Assembly: GCF_006345805.1 (NCBI RefSeq)
Contig: NW_021826243.1
Location: forward strand, 1 to 36,073
Length of the DNA: 36,073 nt
Source of the DNA: Octopus sinensis
Taxonomy: Eukaryota
Direction: 5' to 3'
This document shows positions 1 to 10,423 of this stretch, piece by piece; within the stretch, counting starts at the first letter, position 1; each line of letters starts with the position of its first letter. Both the position numbers and the translations under genes were made by a program. The notes under the pieces are model-generated. The model saw only the letters and a list, made by a program, of their open reading frames with translations. It ran no database searches and was not told where the DNA came from.

Positions 1-483
1 ACTTGGTTTAAGATGTATTTATACGTCTAGATATACCTTTGGGTATATTAAATTTAAGTACACAGACTAGTAGAATTAGAATAATGAACTTGAATTAAGG
101 GAACAGCTCTTAAACTAAAGCTAAATTAAAAGCTTTTGAAAGAGTTGAAGAGTAAGATTACGTTAAATAAAATTAATTATAAGCAGGATATTTAATTTAT
201 TATAATAACAGGAAAATTATAAACCTATAGATTAATAATTATACATAATAAATCAGAGATGTAATTGAATACTTCAAAAAGACTTAAGAATACTCTTCTA
301 AATTTGCAGAATGGTAAACTGGACTAAAATACTAAGCATCCCTCAAGAACCCTTAACCATAACCTATTTTAAGAGTAAACCCAGCAGTAAACACCTAACG
401 GGCACAGGTAATTATCAGGTCACGAGGAAATATAACTATTTATATTAGCACTAACACATCCTAAAAGATTCTTATTCGATCAG

Positions 484-898
484 GGATCTTTTCGGTTTGA
501 CTGGCAGTTTTTTAAATAATTTCCACGTAACTAAACACTTTTAAACTTCGTATACTGGTAGAATGTGTTTATGAAACATCTTTTTCTCTTGGCTTTATTG
601 AGAAAATTCTATAGTTTGTAAGATATTTGTTGTTGTTTCCTCCTTCAATTTCAACCAATCAATGACGTCTATTTAGGTGAAAACATTCTGTGCCGTATGA
701 ATATGTCCCTCGTTTAAGAAACAGTTTGGGTTTATTTACATTTCTGAAGAAAAAAAGATACCCTACCCACCACCCCTAACTCTAACCCTAACCCTAAAAC
801 AGATTGAAATGCAATAGATCGATACTAGGGTCATAATTATGGGTGATAATATCATATGACACAGCTAGAAAAAACTGCCGTTCAAACCGAAATGATCC
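484..898. mobile_element. MITE, 415 bp, ~30-bp TIRs and 8-bp TSD (possibly Merlin-like)
   Basis: Left end GGATCTTTTCGGTTTGACTGGCAGTTTTTT; right end AAAAAACTGCCGTTCAAACCGAAATGATCC; TCGATCAG is duplicated at 476-483 and 899-906. Second partial copy at 23338-23548. Confidence 0.85.
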
Positions 899-949
899 TC
901 GATCAGTCTTATACTTTTATTCAGAAGATCTTCGAACAACAGCATATAA

Positions 950-1038
950 TGGACTCTGACGAAGCTGCACCGACAATTAACGCCAAGTAGCGCATATAAC
1001 AATGTGCAGTGGATGCAGCCGAAACGTGTGTAGGCCCA
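950..1038 (+). ncRNA. Minimal type I hammerhead ribozyme motif (Penelope-like-element type)
   Basis: CUGACGA 956-962; stem II GCUGCA 964-969 / UGCAGC 1014-1019; GAAAC 1021-1025; loop GUGU; GUA cleavage triplet 1030-1032; stem I UGGACU 950-955 / GGCCCA 1033-1038 (5 of 6 pairs); AATAAA at 1066-1071. Confidence 0.7.
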
Positions 1039-1124
1039 AGAGAGGCATGCTGCGAATAACCGTATAATAAAATATCAATATGTAAATTTCGTTCCCCTGA
1101 CCGGAGGACACATTAATTCACGTT

Positions 1125-1330
1125 CTTCCAGTTCACCCATAAATGAGTTGCAGCTTCAAAGGTGCCAATCTGTATCGTTCTTTTTCTTTCCCTAGGACAA
1201 CATCGGTGGCGCAGAGAAGGGAGACTGGTATGCATAGGCGATTGCTGGTCTTCTACAAACAATATTGCCCTGACCTGTGCTTCAGATAGGAGCTTTCTAG
1301 GTGCAATCCCATGGTCATTCATGATCAAAA
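1125..1330 (+). mobile_element. SINE body/tail fragment (same family as 18872-19140)
   Basis: ATTCACGTTCTTCCAGTTCACC...GGTATGCATAGGCGATTGC...AGGTGCAATCCCATGGTCA aligns by eye to 18937-19125. Confidence 0.65.
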
Positions 1331-1379
1331 GGGGTCTTTCTCTTTCTTTCTCTCTCACACCTATCTATCTAACTCCATA

Positions 1380-1398
1380 TATAATATATTATATATAT

Positions 1399-1442
<44 letters not shown>

Positions 1443-1975
1443 CAGATTATATGTATACATATACATACACACACAGACACACACACTCACACACACACAT
1501 ATATATAACGCATGAAAACTCGGCGCTTTCATTTCAAATTTTATCACAATGGAAGCAAGCTCGGGAAGCGGGGTAAGTTGGTTACATCAACCCTAGAGTT
1601 CTGCTGGTACCTATTTTATCGATCCTGAAATGATGAAAAGCAATGTCGTCCTCAACGAGATTTGAACGCAAAGACAGACGAAATGCCAATAAGCATTTTA
1701 ACCGACGCACTAACGATACACACACTCACACAACACACACACACACACATATATATATATACATATATATACATATATATACATATACACACATACACAC
1801 AGACTCACATACATAAATGTATTTATATGTGTGTGCATGTAAAGATGTATAAGTATATGTGTATAAATATGTATATATATTTTATATGCATATGAATGGG
1901 TGTATGTGTGTGTGTCTGAGTGTGTGTGTGTATGTGAGTGTGTGTGTGTGTGTTGTGTGTGTGTGTGTGTGCGAG
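1380..1975. repeat. Compound (TA)n/(CA)n/(TG)n microsatellites (interrupted by a SINE relic)
   Basis: Direct reading. Confidence 0.95.
1545..1718 (-). mobile_element. Degenerate SINE family S2
   Basis: GGTACCTATTTTATCGATCCTGAAATGATGAAAAGCAATGTCG...GACGAAATGC matches the S2 copies at 7745-7979. Confidence 0.65.
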
Positions 1976-2475
1976 ATCACAAATTACGAAATATTGTTAA
2001 TTAAAAATACTACACTATTGAGCACTGGATCAAATTTTTCCTTGTTTCTTTAATAAGTATTTTCGTAATGAAGACATCTAGAAATTAATTAATTTATTCT
2101 GATTATCTTGAATTAAAATTGTAAATCATTTGTTTGAAGCTTAATAAATTGAACAGATTAATCAATTCAGTTTTTAATTACTCGTTTTAGATTATTAGAA
2201 GTCTTTGGTTGCATATACAGGATGTGTGTGTCACAGCTATGGGCTATGTGAGTTTAATGAAACTGTTTAGCCTCAATAATTTGAGTTATTAATTCGATAG
2301 AGTGATACAATAATCAGTAGAGCAACGAAATGCCTGTTGGGTTTTTAATTTCTGATTCTGAGTTCAAACCTGACGACAGTTTTTCCTTTCGCTATTCCTG
2401 GGTCGGTAAATTAGAGTGTTCTTCATATGCTTTCAATACTTTTTCTTTTCTAAGAATCTATGGACATTCTCAAAT

Positions 2476-2910
2476 GGTCGCAGGAGTGGCTGTGTGGTAA
2501 GTAGCTTGCTTACCAACCACATGGTTCTGGGTTCAGCCCCACAGCGTGGCACTTTGGGCAAGTGTCTTCTACTATAGCTTCGGGCCGACCAAAGCCTTGT
2601 TAGTAGATTTGGTGAATGGAAACTGAAAGAAGCCCGTCGTATATATGTATATGTATATATATATATGTGTGTGTCTGTGTGTGTGTATGTGTGTATGTGT
2701 GTGTGTGTTTGTTGTCTGTGCTTGTCTCCCTAACATCGCTTGACAACCGATGCTGGTGTGTTTACGTCCTTGTTATCTAGCAGTTCGGCAAAAGAGACCG
2801 ATAGAATAAGTACTAGGCTTACAAACAATAAGTCCCGGGGTCGATTTGCTCGACTAAAGACGATGTTCCATCATGGCCGCAGTCAAATGACTGAAACAAG
2901 TAAAAGAGTA
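2476..2910 (+). mobile_element. Full-length tRNA-derived SINE family S1 (internal TA/TG microsatellite, CR1-like 3' tail)
   Basis: GCAGGAGTGGCTGTGTGGTAAGTAGC head, GGGTTCAGCCCC B-box-like motif, tail CATGGCCGCAGTCAAATGACTGAAACAAGTAAAAGAG. Homologous copies at 15024, 32736 and 33152. Confidence 0.9.
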
Positions 2911-2924
2911 ATTTAGTAATTGAC

Positions 2925-3070
2925 AAATACTGGTTTCAAATTTCGACACAAACTCACCAATTTCGGGGAGGGAGGGAGTAAGTCGATTATATCAAACCCC
3001 TAGTACTCAAGTCGTACATATTTTATCGAACCTGAAAAAGCAGTAAAAGTAGAGGACGTTGGCAGAATTT
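2925..3070 (-). mobile_element. Degenerate SINE S2 (a-type tail)
   Basis: TAAGTCGATTATATCAAACCCC...TTTTATCGAACCTGAAA similarity to the S2 core. Confidence 0.6.
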
Positions 3071-3423
3071 TATTACTCGTCTAATATTTTTAGCGTATAA
3101 AAATTTTAATGAATACGAAAAATTTCGAAAGATCCGTCTTGATCAAAGTCATATTTTCAAATCAGCCAAACAACACTCTCATCCTGTTTTACTTGTTGCT
3201 TTTGCTAGATTTAACCTTAAAAAAACTCGAATGAAATGTATAAAATATGCTTAACCAAAAGACTGGAGAAGAATTTGTATAACTCTAACCTCCATATTGA
3301 TTTTTTCATATATGCTAAATAAAATTTTTATGAATACAACGGAAGACCTTCAACATTTAAACATCCATCACTTACACACACCAAATATTATATTAACTGC
3401 GGACTTTGCATCTCTTATGTAAC

Positions 3424-3710
3424 TGGCACTTCGTCTGTTACGACAATAACGAGTGTTCCAGTTGATTCGATGAATGGAACAGCCTGCTCATAAAATTAAC
3501 ATACAAGTGACTGAGCATTCCGCAGACACGCGTACTCTTAACATAGCTCTCAGAGAGAATCAGAGCGAGCGAAATTTAGCTACTAAAGCTGAGTGTATTG
3601 GAGCAAAGTGAGATAAAGGACAAAACGCGCCGCCAGGAATTGAAAACTCAACCTTACGATCATGATCCGAATTCCTTAACCCCTAAACCGTGCAACACTT
3701 ACAACAGTAG
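3424..3710 (-). mobile_element. SINE family S3, tail type a
   Basis: GGCACTTCGTCTGTTACGAC...GGAACAGCCTGCTCATAAAATTAAC is the reverse complement of the 31640-31716 tail; tRNA-like head near 3660-3710. Confidence 0.7.
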
Positions 3711-3959
3711 ATTAAGTACCATTTATAACAGCCTTTGTTTCCGCAGTTGGATATATACAGAGTTTTAGGTGTTCCTCGTAGCTCCCTACTTAATGGCAGT
3801 CCTAGTTGTACGTTTTCAGGTGCTGATGTTTATTGTAAGCGGAAACCCCCGAGGTGTAATTTTCAAATTAAGGGACTATTTGACACTTTTTCAGACGGAG
3901 TAAACATAAAAAAGTTCTGAAGGAGTTTAGTTTTTAGAAATATTTTTCCTACTAAAGTT

Positions 3960-4140
3960 ATAGGACCTGAAATTTGTGAGAAGGGGCTAGATAATTATAT
4001 TGCCTCCTCAGTTCGACTGGTACTCATTTTATCGACCCCGAAGGATGAACGGCAAAGTCGTCCTCGGCAGAATTTGAACTAAGAACATAAATTCGGAAGA
4101 TATGCGGCTAAGCATTGTGTCCTACGCTTTACTGCTTCCG
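3960..4140 (-). mobile_element. SINE S2 relic
   Basis: CTGGTACTCATTTTATCGACCCCGAAGGATGAACGGCAAAGTCGTCCTCGGCAGAATTTGAACT. Confidence 0.8.
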
Positions 4141-5159
4141 TTATTTCGTTACCTTTGGCTTTCAGAAATATAAAAATACAAATCAATGTAAACAAGAACG
4201 AACACATAATGTGCACAACAGGTTTAATTGTGTACCCATAACATGTTAGATGACAAACGTACCTAGTGTTACCTCAAAATGGTTGTAATGGAAATTGCAT
4301 AATCTACATCACAGAACTTTTATGCATTTTTCGTTTTCTTTTTCCTTTTGTTTTCCTCTCCATAATTCTAATCACATTTTCTCTTAATTATCTCTAACAC
4401 TTTGACTATGATATGGTAATTAATCTGTCAAATTAAATTTAATTAAAACAATGACAACTGAATCTTAACAACCAGCTTATATCAGATGGCTGACACATGT
4501 AAAATATCACAGAAAAAAAACACCCGTAAAAATATGGGGTATGTTCCATTAAAGAGTACCCCTTCATCAATAAAGTACCCCACCTCGCAAAGGAGAGAGA
4601 AAATGTGACTTCTAACCCCCTTGTTTAAACAGGACAGCTAATCGGATAGTTTTGATGAGTTAAGGACACAAAACAATGAAAGGATAGACACCTTGTCTAT
4701 TTTATCTTGATATATATGTATAGCAAATAACTTTTGACCCTCTAATATTCCATTCAACACGAACTACATTTTCTTTATCATTTCATATATAAATAAGATT
4801 TACAGGATCGGGACACACCACGTTTCAATAGCACCATATTTGATAATAAATTCTTTCTTTTTCTTCACAAAACGGACAGATACATATATCATTTATGTAT
4901 GTGTTTTTGTATAAGTGCGATGAAAATACTGATAATCCGAGGTAGATTGCGTACGTTGGAGTAAGGCAGCGTTTAATGATCGTTGTTAATTGTTTTGTAC
5001 TTCCATTTAAGTCACTCAGTACTGCTGTGTTGATACTAAGGGCGAACAGGAGCCCAGATGATATACTCGAAGACAGATACATGTTACTATATACACACTG
5101 CAACAAACGACCTAAGCGCACACTTACACACATGACAGCCATACGCAAACAACAATATG

Positions 5160-5160
5160 G

Positions 5161-5197
<37 letters not shown>

Positions 5198-5229
5198 ATA
5201 TATAATATATATATATATATATAATATAT

Positions 5230-5284
<55 letters not shown>

Positions 5285-5285
5285 T

Positions 5286-5320
<35 letters not shown>

Positions 5321-5396
5321 TATAGATAGATAGATAGATAGATACAGATATCAATTTGTTTCTATACCATTCTATATATAGGTGGGAGCATGCACA

Positions 5397-5444
<48 letters not shown>

Positions 5445-5476
5445 AGTTCATATACATGTATACATACATTTATATA

Positions 5477-5514
<38 letters not shown>

Positions 5515-6137
5515 ATATGTATATGTACATATATGTATATGTATATATGTGTGTGCGTCTGTATAATATATATATGTGTGTATATATATATATATGTGTA
5601 TATATGCATGTATGCATGTATATATGCATGTATGTATCCATGTATATAAGTGTGCTTGTTTGCATGTATGTATGCAAGCATGTTTGTGTGTATACATGTT
5701 TACAAGTGTGCATGTATGCATGTATGTATATAATGTAGAAAGTTGACTAAGTACAGTAACACAAAAATGGCCATAAAAGAAGAAAGAAACGCGTTTAGAT
5801 TGGGTGTGGCTCCCTAATTTCAGGAAACATTACTTAATATCGTCAAAGTAAGGAACTCCATAGAGAATAGAATATAATATTAATGATACACAGAAGAATA
5901 TCAGAGAGAATAAGACGAAGGTGGTGCCTTAAATTGGTACTTCCGCTTCTGTTTCATTCTCGTCGTTAAGGAATTTTAAGTAAACACATTTATACACATA
6001 AACTCACACAGACTCATATATATATATATATATATGCGTATGTTTGTATGTATGTATGTATGTATGTATGTATGTATGTATGTATGTATGTATGTATGTA
6101 TGTATGTATGTATGTATGTATGTGTGAATGTATGTAT
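5160..6137. repeat. Microsatellite blocks (TA)n, (TAGA)n, (CA)n, (TATG)n
   Basis: Direct reading: TAGA ~5230-5342, TATG ~6045-6137, with a unique spacer at 5740-6000. Confidence 0.95.
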
Positions 6138-6139
6138 GG

Positions 6140-6265
6140 GTGAAAGCACGTGGTCTAGTGGTTAGGCTGTTACATTCACGATCGCTAGTTCGTTGTTTCG
6201 ACCCCAAGACTGGGCAACATGTAATGTTCTTAAGCAAAAAAAGTTTATTTCACGTTGTTCCAGTC
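6140..6265 (+). mobile_element. tRNA-derived SINE head plus truncated body
   Basis: GCACGTGGTCTAGTGGTTAGG (A box), GTTTCGACCCC (B box), then ATTTCACGTTGTTCCAGTC as in 18872 and 29118. Confidence 0.65.
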
Positions 6266-6775
6266 GCCTTTTGATCAACTATAAGCCAGCAGAGTGACGT
6301 CAACAGATGGTTAAAAGAACAAAGACAGTTCAAATGACAACAAAATTCAACTCTGGTAATCCTTTGTAGCATAGTTAAAAAATCCCTTGCAGCACAAAAA
6401 TACGAGCAAAAAATTCTTGGTTGTACTTCAAATGGTAAAATACTCCAAATGGTAAAATTCTGGTTGCACTCCAATTGGTAAAATCCACGAAGTGCACACA
6501 GTCACATAAAATCATAAATTTTCGGAAGGACACACCTCCCGAAAACACACACAATTCTCACTAAAATGTGAGTCTTTCAGTACGACCACTGACAAAGAAA
6601 TGTCTAGAACACAGTGGAGATTCTTGTTCGAAAAAATAATAACCATACGGACAACAGACTTCACTAAGCTCCCCAAAATACAAATGCTTTACCTGTAGCC
6701 GTCCTTCAAATATTCAATTTTTCAGGTATGACGTGACTTCCACCGCGACAAAAAACAAGGTGACAATTTGGTAGC

Positions 6776-6813
6776 AGTAAGCAAGCTACTTACCACACAG
6801 CCACTCCTACGCC
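6776..6813 (-). mobile_element. Isolated 5' head of SINE S1
   Basis: Reverse complement reads GGCGTAGGAGTGGCTGTGTGGTAAGTAGCTTGCTTAC. Confidence 0.8.
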
Positions 6814-7061
6814 TATTGTTTACGTTTCTAGTTCAATTGCCGCTGTAGTAGTCTTAGTAGTCTTAGAATTTCATCCATTCGGAGGTCGGTAAAATAAAAA
6901 CCAATGAAGTACTGGACTCGATGTAATCGACTTGACCATCAAAAATTACTGTTACTGTACGAATATTACAAAGATTTATTATCTACTACTTCTGTTGGAT
7001 AGTGTGTGAAGAAATGAAGAAACCCATGTTGTCCTTCATTGCAATCTACCAGCAATATTGA

Positions 7062-7270
7062 ATATTGGTTTCAAAGCTTGGCACAAGGCCAGAAATTTCT
7101 GGAGAGATGATAAGTCGATTACATCGACGCCAGTGCTCAAGTAGTACTTATTTTATCGACTCCGTAAGAATGTAAAGCAATGTGTACCTCGGTGGAACAC
7201 AGAACGTAAAAAGTGACGAAATACTACTGAGTATCTTAAGCTTCGGGCTAACGATTCTAGCTGCCTCATG
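7062..7270 (-). mobile_element. SINE S2 (a-type tail)
   Basis: GGCACAAGGCCAGAAATTT...TAAGTCGATTACATCGACGCCAGTG...CTAACGATTCTAGC. Confidence 0.8.
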
Positions 7271-7556
7271 CGACAATGAATTGTATGTTTATTTCCTCAC
7301 TTTTAGAGAAACGAAGGTGATTCACTGCATCTGTTGTTGCTATAGTAGCCTGATTAAGAGGAAATAGACCTCATGTTCGTTACTTAGAATAACGAGCTTA
7401 ACCATTTGACTGCGTAATTAAACTTTACGGTCATTCCCAAAATGGTATTAATTATTCATCAGAAAAATTAAATATATATTTTCTACTTTTGTAATACTTT
7501 TTTCAGTATATCTTCTAGGTACAGTTTTCATACACACTGCAACAAGTATTTGATTC

Positions 7557-7979
7557 TTATTTCTTTATTGCCAACAAAGGGCTAAACATAGAGGGGACAA
7601 ACAAGGACAGACAAAGGGATTAAGTCGATTACATCGACCCCAGTATGTAACTGGTACTCATTTAATCGACCCCGAAAGAATGAAAGGCAAAGTCGACCTC
7701 GGCGGAATTTGAACTCAGAACGTAGCGGCAGACGAAATACCTATTTCTAATTCTTTACTACCCACAAGGGGCTAAACACAGAGAGGACAAACAAGAATAA
7801 ACAAACGGATTAAGTCGATTACATCGACCCCAGTGTGTAGCTGGTACTTATTTAATCGACCCCGAAAGGATGAAAAGCAAAGTCGACCTCGGCGGAATTT
7901 GAACTCACAACGTAACGCAGACGAAATACCGGTAAGCATTTCGCCCGGCGTGCTAACGATTCTGCCAGCTCGCCGCCTT
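7557..7979 (-). mobile_element. Head-to-tail SINE S2 dimer (full unit plus headless unit)
   Basis: Two consecutive S2 cores; junction GACGAAATAC|CTATTTCT at 7740/7741; intact head reverse complement GGCGGCGAGCTGGCAGAATCGTTAGCACGCCGGGCGAAATGC. Confidence 0.9.
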
Positions 7980-8479
7980 ATTCAAGTATCTGATTCTTGA
8001 TCTGTAAAGAGATATCTGATGAAAGATGGAAGAAAATTAATAACACCCGAAAATTTCACAGTCTCACTGATGGTGATTTCGACTCATGTCGCTTAAGGAG
8101 AGGTGTTTTTCAAAGCCGTCGACTATAACCACTTTCTGCAGTTAACAGTAATAAAATTTTGGGACGTATATACATTGCTTTCCAATTTCAAGGGCTCAAA
8201 AGACAAGAATAAATTTGCATAAGCTTGTTCATTGCTATAGACAGTGTTTTTCCTGAAACATTTTTCTACCTATGGACACCTTTAATTCTATTTTACTCGT
8301 ATGGAGCTTCATAGATATTCGATGTTTCAGAAAATCGTATGTTTTCATAATTAAACATTTTTCGAAATTATATAGAAAAAATTGTTAAAATATTTCATGT
8401 CTTGTAGAAGTATACTTTGTCTTGTAGAAGTATAGGGTAGGACAACGTGTTCGTATTGAATTAGAATTTATCAAAATTA

Positions 8480-8960
8480 TATACGGAAAACAACATCCAT
8501 CATGCGGTGTCCGTTTTCATTTCTGAAGGTGTTCTTGGAAGTTGGCGTCCATTCTCTCCTGCATTGCCCTCTGCATAGTCTCATATTACTGATCAATTCC
8601 CGACGCCAAGTTCAGTGGAATACCTCCGAACAGAATGATTAGGATTCCGTATCAAAGCTTGTCTGACGCGTAACTGTCGTAGGCAAACACGCGATGCTCT
8701 ATCGTCCACAGCGCTATGGCTTCACCTGAAATGAAAGAAAATGATAAGGTACCACGACGCGAATGGTACCTATCGGACATATATCCCTCCCACTGGAGCT
8801 GAGAAATAACCATTTCAAAAACGTCCGTCTTCTGTGCCCCCAGCCATGTATAGCCAATTTGTTGCACATAAATTTTAACAAAATTTTATTTGGAACCTCA
8901 AGGGCCATATGGACCCTGAATGCAGACCACTGTTATAGTCTATTGCGAATAAAGGAGGAT
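8480..8960 (-). pseudogene. Highly degenerate Tc1/mariner-superfamily transposase relic (C-terminal half)
   Basis: Frame-hopping peptides QQIGYT (cf. QQDGAT) and NFQEHLQK..NGHRMMDVVF (cf. the C-terminal NFxERLQxC..NGxHLxDVIF of Tc1-like transposases). Many stops; judged by eye only. Confidence 0.4.
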
Positions 8961-9311
8961 TTAATAGACACATTGTAGTTTTCTCTTAAAGATATCCATT
9001 TTTAATAAGAGAGAGCTGCGTCCGCTGTATATAGCAGGTCCAAAAATATTTTAAGAGGAATACACGTTAAAAATTAAAGATAAATGTATTTAGATTAGGT
9101 TGATTAATTTCAATGTCTTATTAAGCTGTTTTTTTTTCGCAGCTTGCAACGAATCATCTTCAACGGAAATGACTCAAGATTTACACAAAACTATGTTGTT
9201 ACGTGCAAATGTGAATTTGAAACTGTAAGCAAGAGAAACTTTACTTAATTCACAAATATTTGTTTCCATTTCCATCTTCGGTTTCACAAATGATAATTAT
9301 TAAGCCATAAT

Positions 9312-9522
9312 TCATTTTACTATAGGCGCAAGGCTTGGCATTTTAGTGGGAGGGTACCAGTCGATTACATCGACATCAATGCTCAGCTGATATCAATCTT
9401 AATGAACCCGAATAAATGAAATGCAAAAATGACATTGGAAGAATTTTGAACTCAGAATGTAGAGGCGGGAGAAATGAGGCTGAACAATTTTATGATGCGC
9501 TACTAAATCTGGCAGTTTGCCA
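9312..9522 (-). mobile_element. Degenerate SINE S2 (a-type tail)
   Basis: CTATAGGCGCAAGGC...CAGTCGATTACATCGAC...TTTGAACTCAGAATGTAG. Confidence 0.7.
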
Positions 9523-9524
9523 AT

Positions 9525-9618
9525 TTATAATAATAACAGTAATAATAATAATAATAATAAAATAATAATAATAATAATAATATAATAATATAATAATAAT
9601 AATAATAACAATAATAAC

Positions 9619-9659
<41 letters not shown>

Positions 9660-9727
9660 TAATAATAATAATGATAATAATAATAATAATAATAATAATA
9701 TAAAAACAATAATAACAATAATAATAT
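9525..9727. repeat. (TAA)n microsatellite, ~200 bp
   Basis: Direct reading. Confidence 0.97.
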
Positions 9728-9787
9728 ATTTGTATTTCTAAGAACACACTTATGCAAACGAAATGTTTAGCGCTATTTCATCTGTCT

Positions 9788-9916
9788 TACCGAGGTCGAC
9801 TTTGCCTTTCATCCTTTCGAAGTCGATAAATGAAGTACCAGTTGCGTACTGCGTCGATCTAATCGACTCGCCCCCTTCCCAAAACTTTCGGGCATTGTGC
9901 CTAGAGTAGAAAAGAA
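9788..9916 (+). mobile_element. 5'-truncated SINE S2 (a-type tail)
   Basis: CCGAGGTCGACTTTGCCTTTCATCCTTTCG...TTGTGCCTAGAGTAGAAAAGA followed by (TAA)n. Confidence 0.85.
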
Positions 9917-9956
9917 AATAATAATAATAATAATAATAGTAATAATAATAATAATA

Positions 9957-10009
<53 letters not shown>
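9917..10009. repeat. (TAA)n microsatellite
   Basis: Direct reading. Confidence 0.97.
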
Positions 10010-10011
<2 letters not shown>

Positions 10012-10401
10012 GCTTAGAAAAAAAATGCTTTCTAATTGATGTATCAATACCGGCAGATGACAACGTGTCTCCAAAAGAAATGGAGAAACTCTCAAAATAC
10101 AAAGACCTGGAAATAGAGGTAACCAGAATGTGGAATCTAAAAACAGAAACAATTCCTATCATAGTAGGTGCATTACGCATGATAAAAAAATATTCAGACA
10201 AATACATAACAAAAACACCAGGACTTACAAACACATATAACATACAGAAAATTGCACTACTAGGCACTGCACACATCCTACGCAGAACACTTTCCATACA
10301 ATAACCATCAGAGCATCACAACAAATCACAGCACATACCCAAGGCACACAGAGCTGCGCTCGGTAGTGAAGTGAAAGCACGCTATAAAAATAAAATTACT
10401 G
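10010..10401 (+). mobile_element. R4/Dong-clade non-LTR retrotransposon, extreme 5' truncation (RLE C-terminus plus 3'UTR)
   Basis: KKCFLIDVSIPADDNVSPKEMEKLSKYKDLEIEVTRMWNLKTETIPIIVGALRMI...QKIALLGTAHILRRTLSIQ* (stop at 10304); ~97-nt 3'UTR; (TAA)n on both sides (9917-10009 and 10402-10422). Confidence 0.9.
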
Positions 10402-10423
10402 AATAATAATAATAATAATAATC

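Noticed and set aside
310-407. Plus-strand exon-like segment (MVNWTKILSIPQEP..); similar ones at 3747-3834, 15814-15901 and 34080-34105
   Set aside because: AG/GT-bounded short open frames are expected by chance in 36 kb. No recognisable homology and no consistent chain of phases.
6294-6310. CRE palindrome TGACGTCA with adjacent CAGATG E-box; also ATCACGTGAT near 14435
   Set aside because: Single short motifs with no promoter context; expected by chance.
8652-8726. Strong minus-strand acceptor (TCATTTTCTTTCATTTCAG|G) followed by GEAIALWTIEHRVFAYDSYASDKL*
   Set aside because: It lies within the putative Tc1-like relic, the frame stops after 24 codons and there is no donor. It cannot be distinguished from chance.
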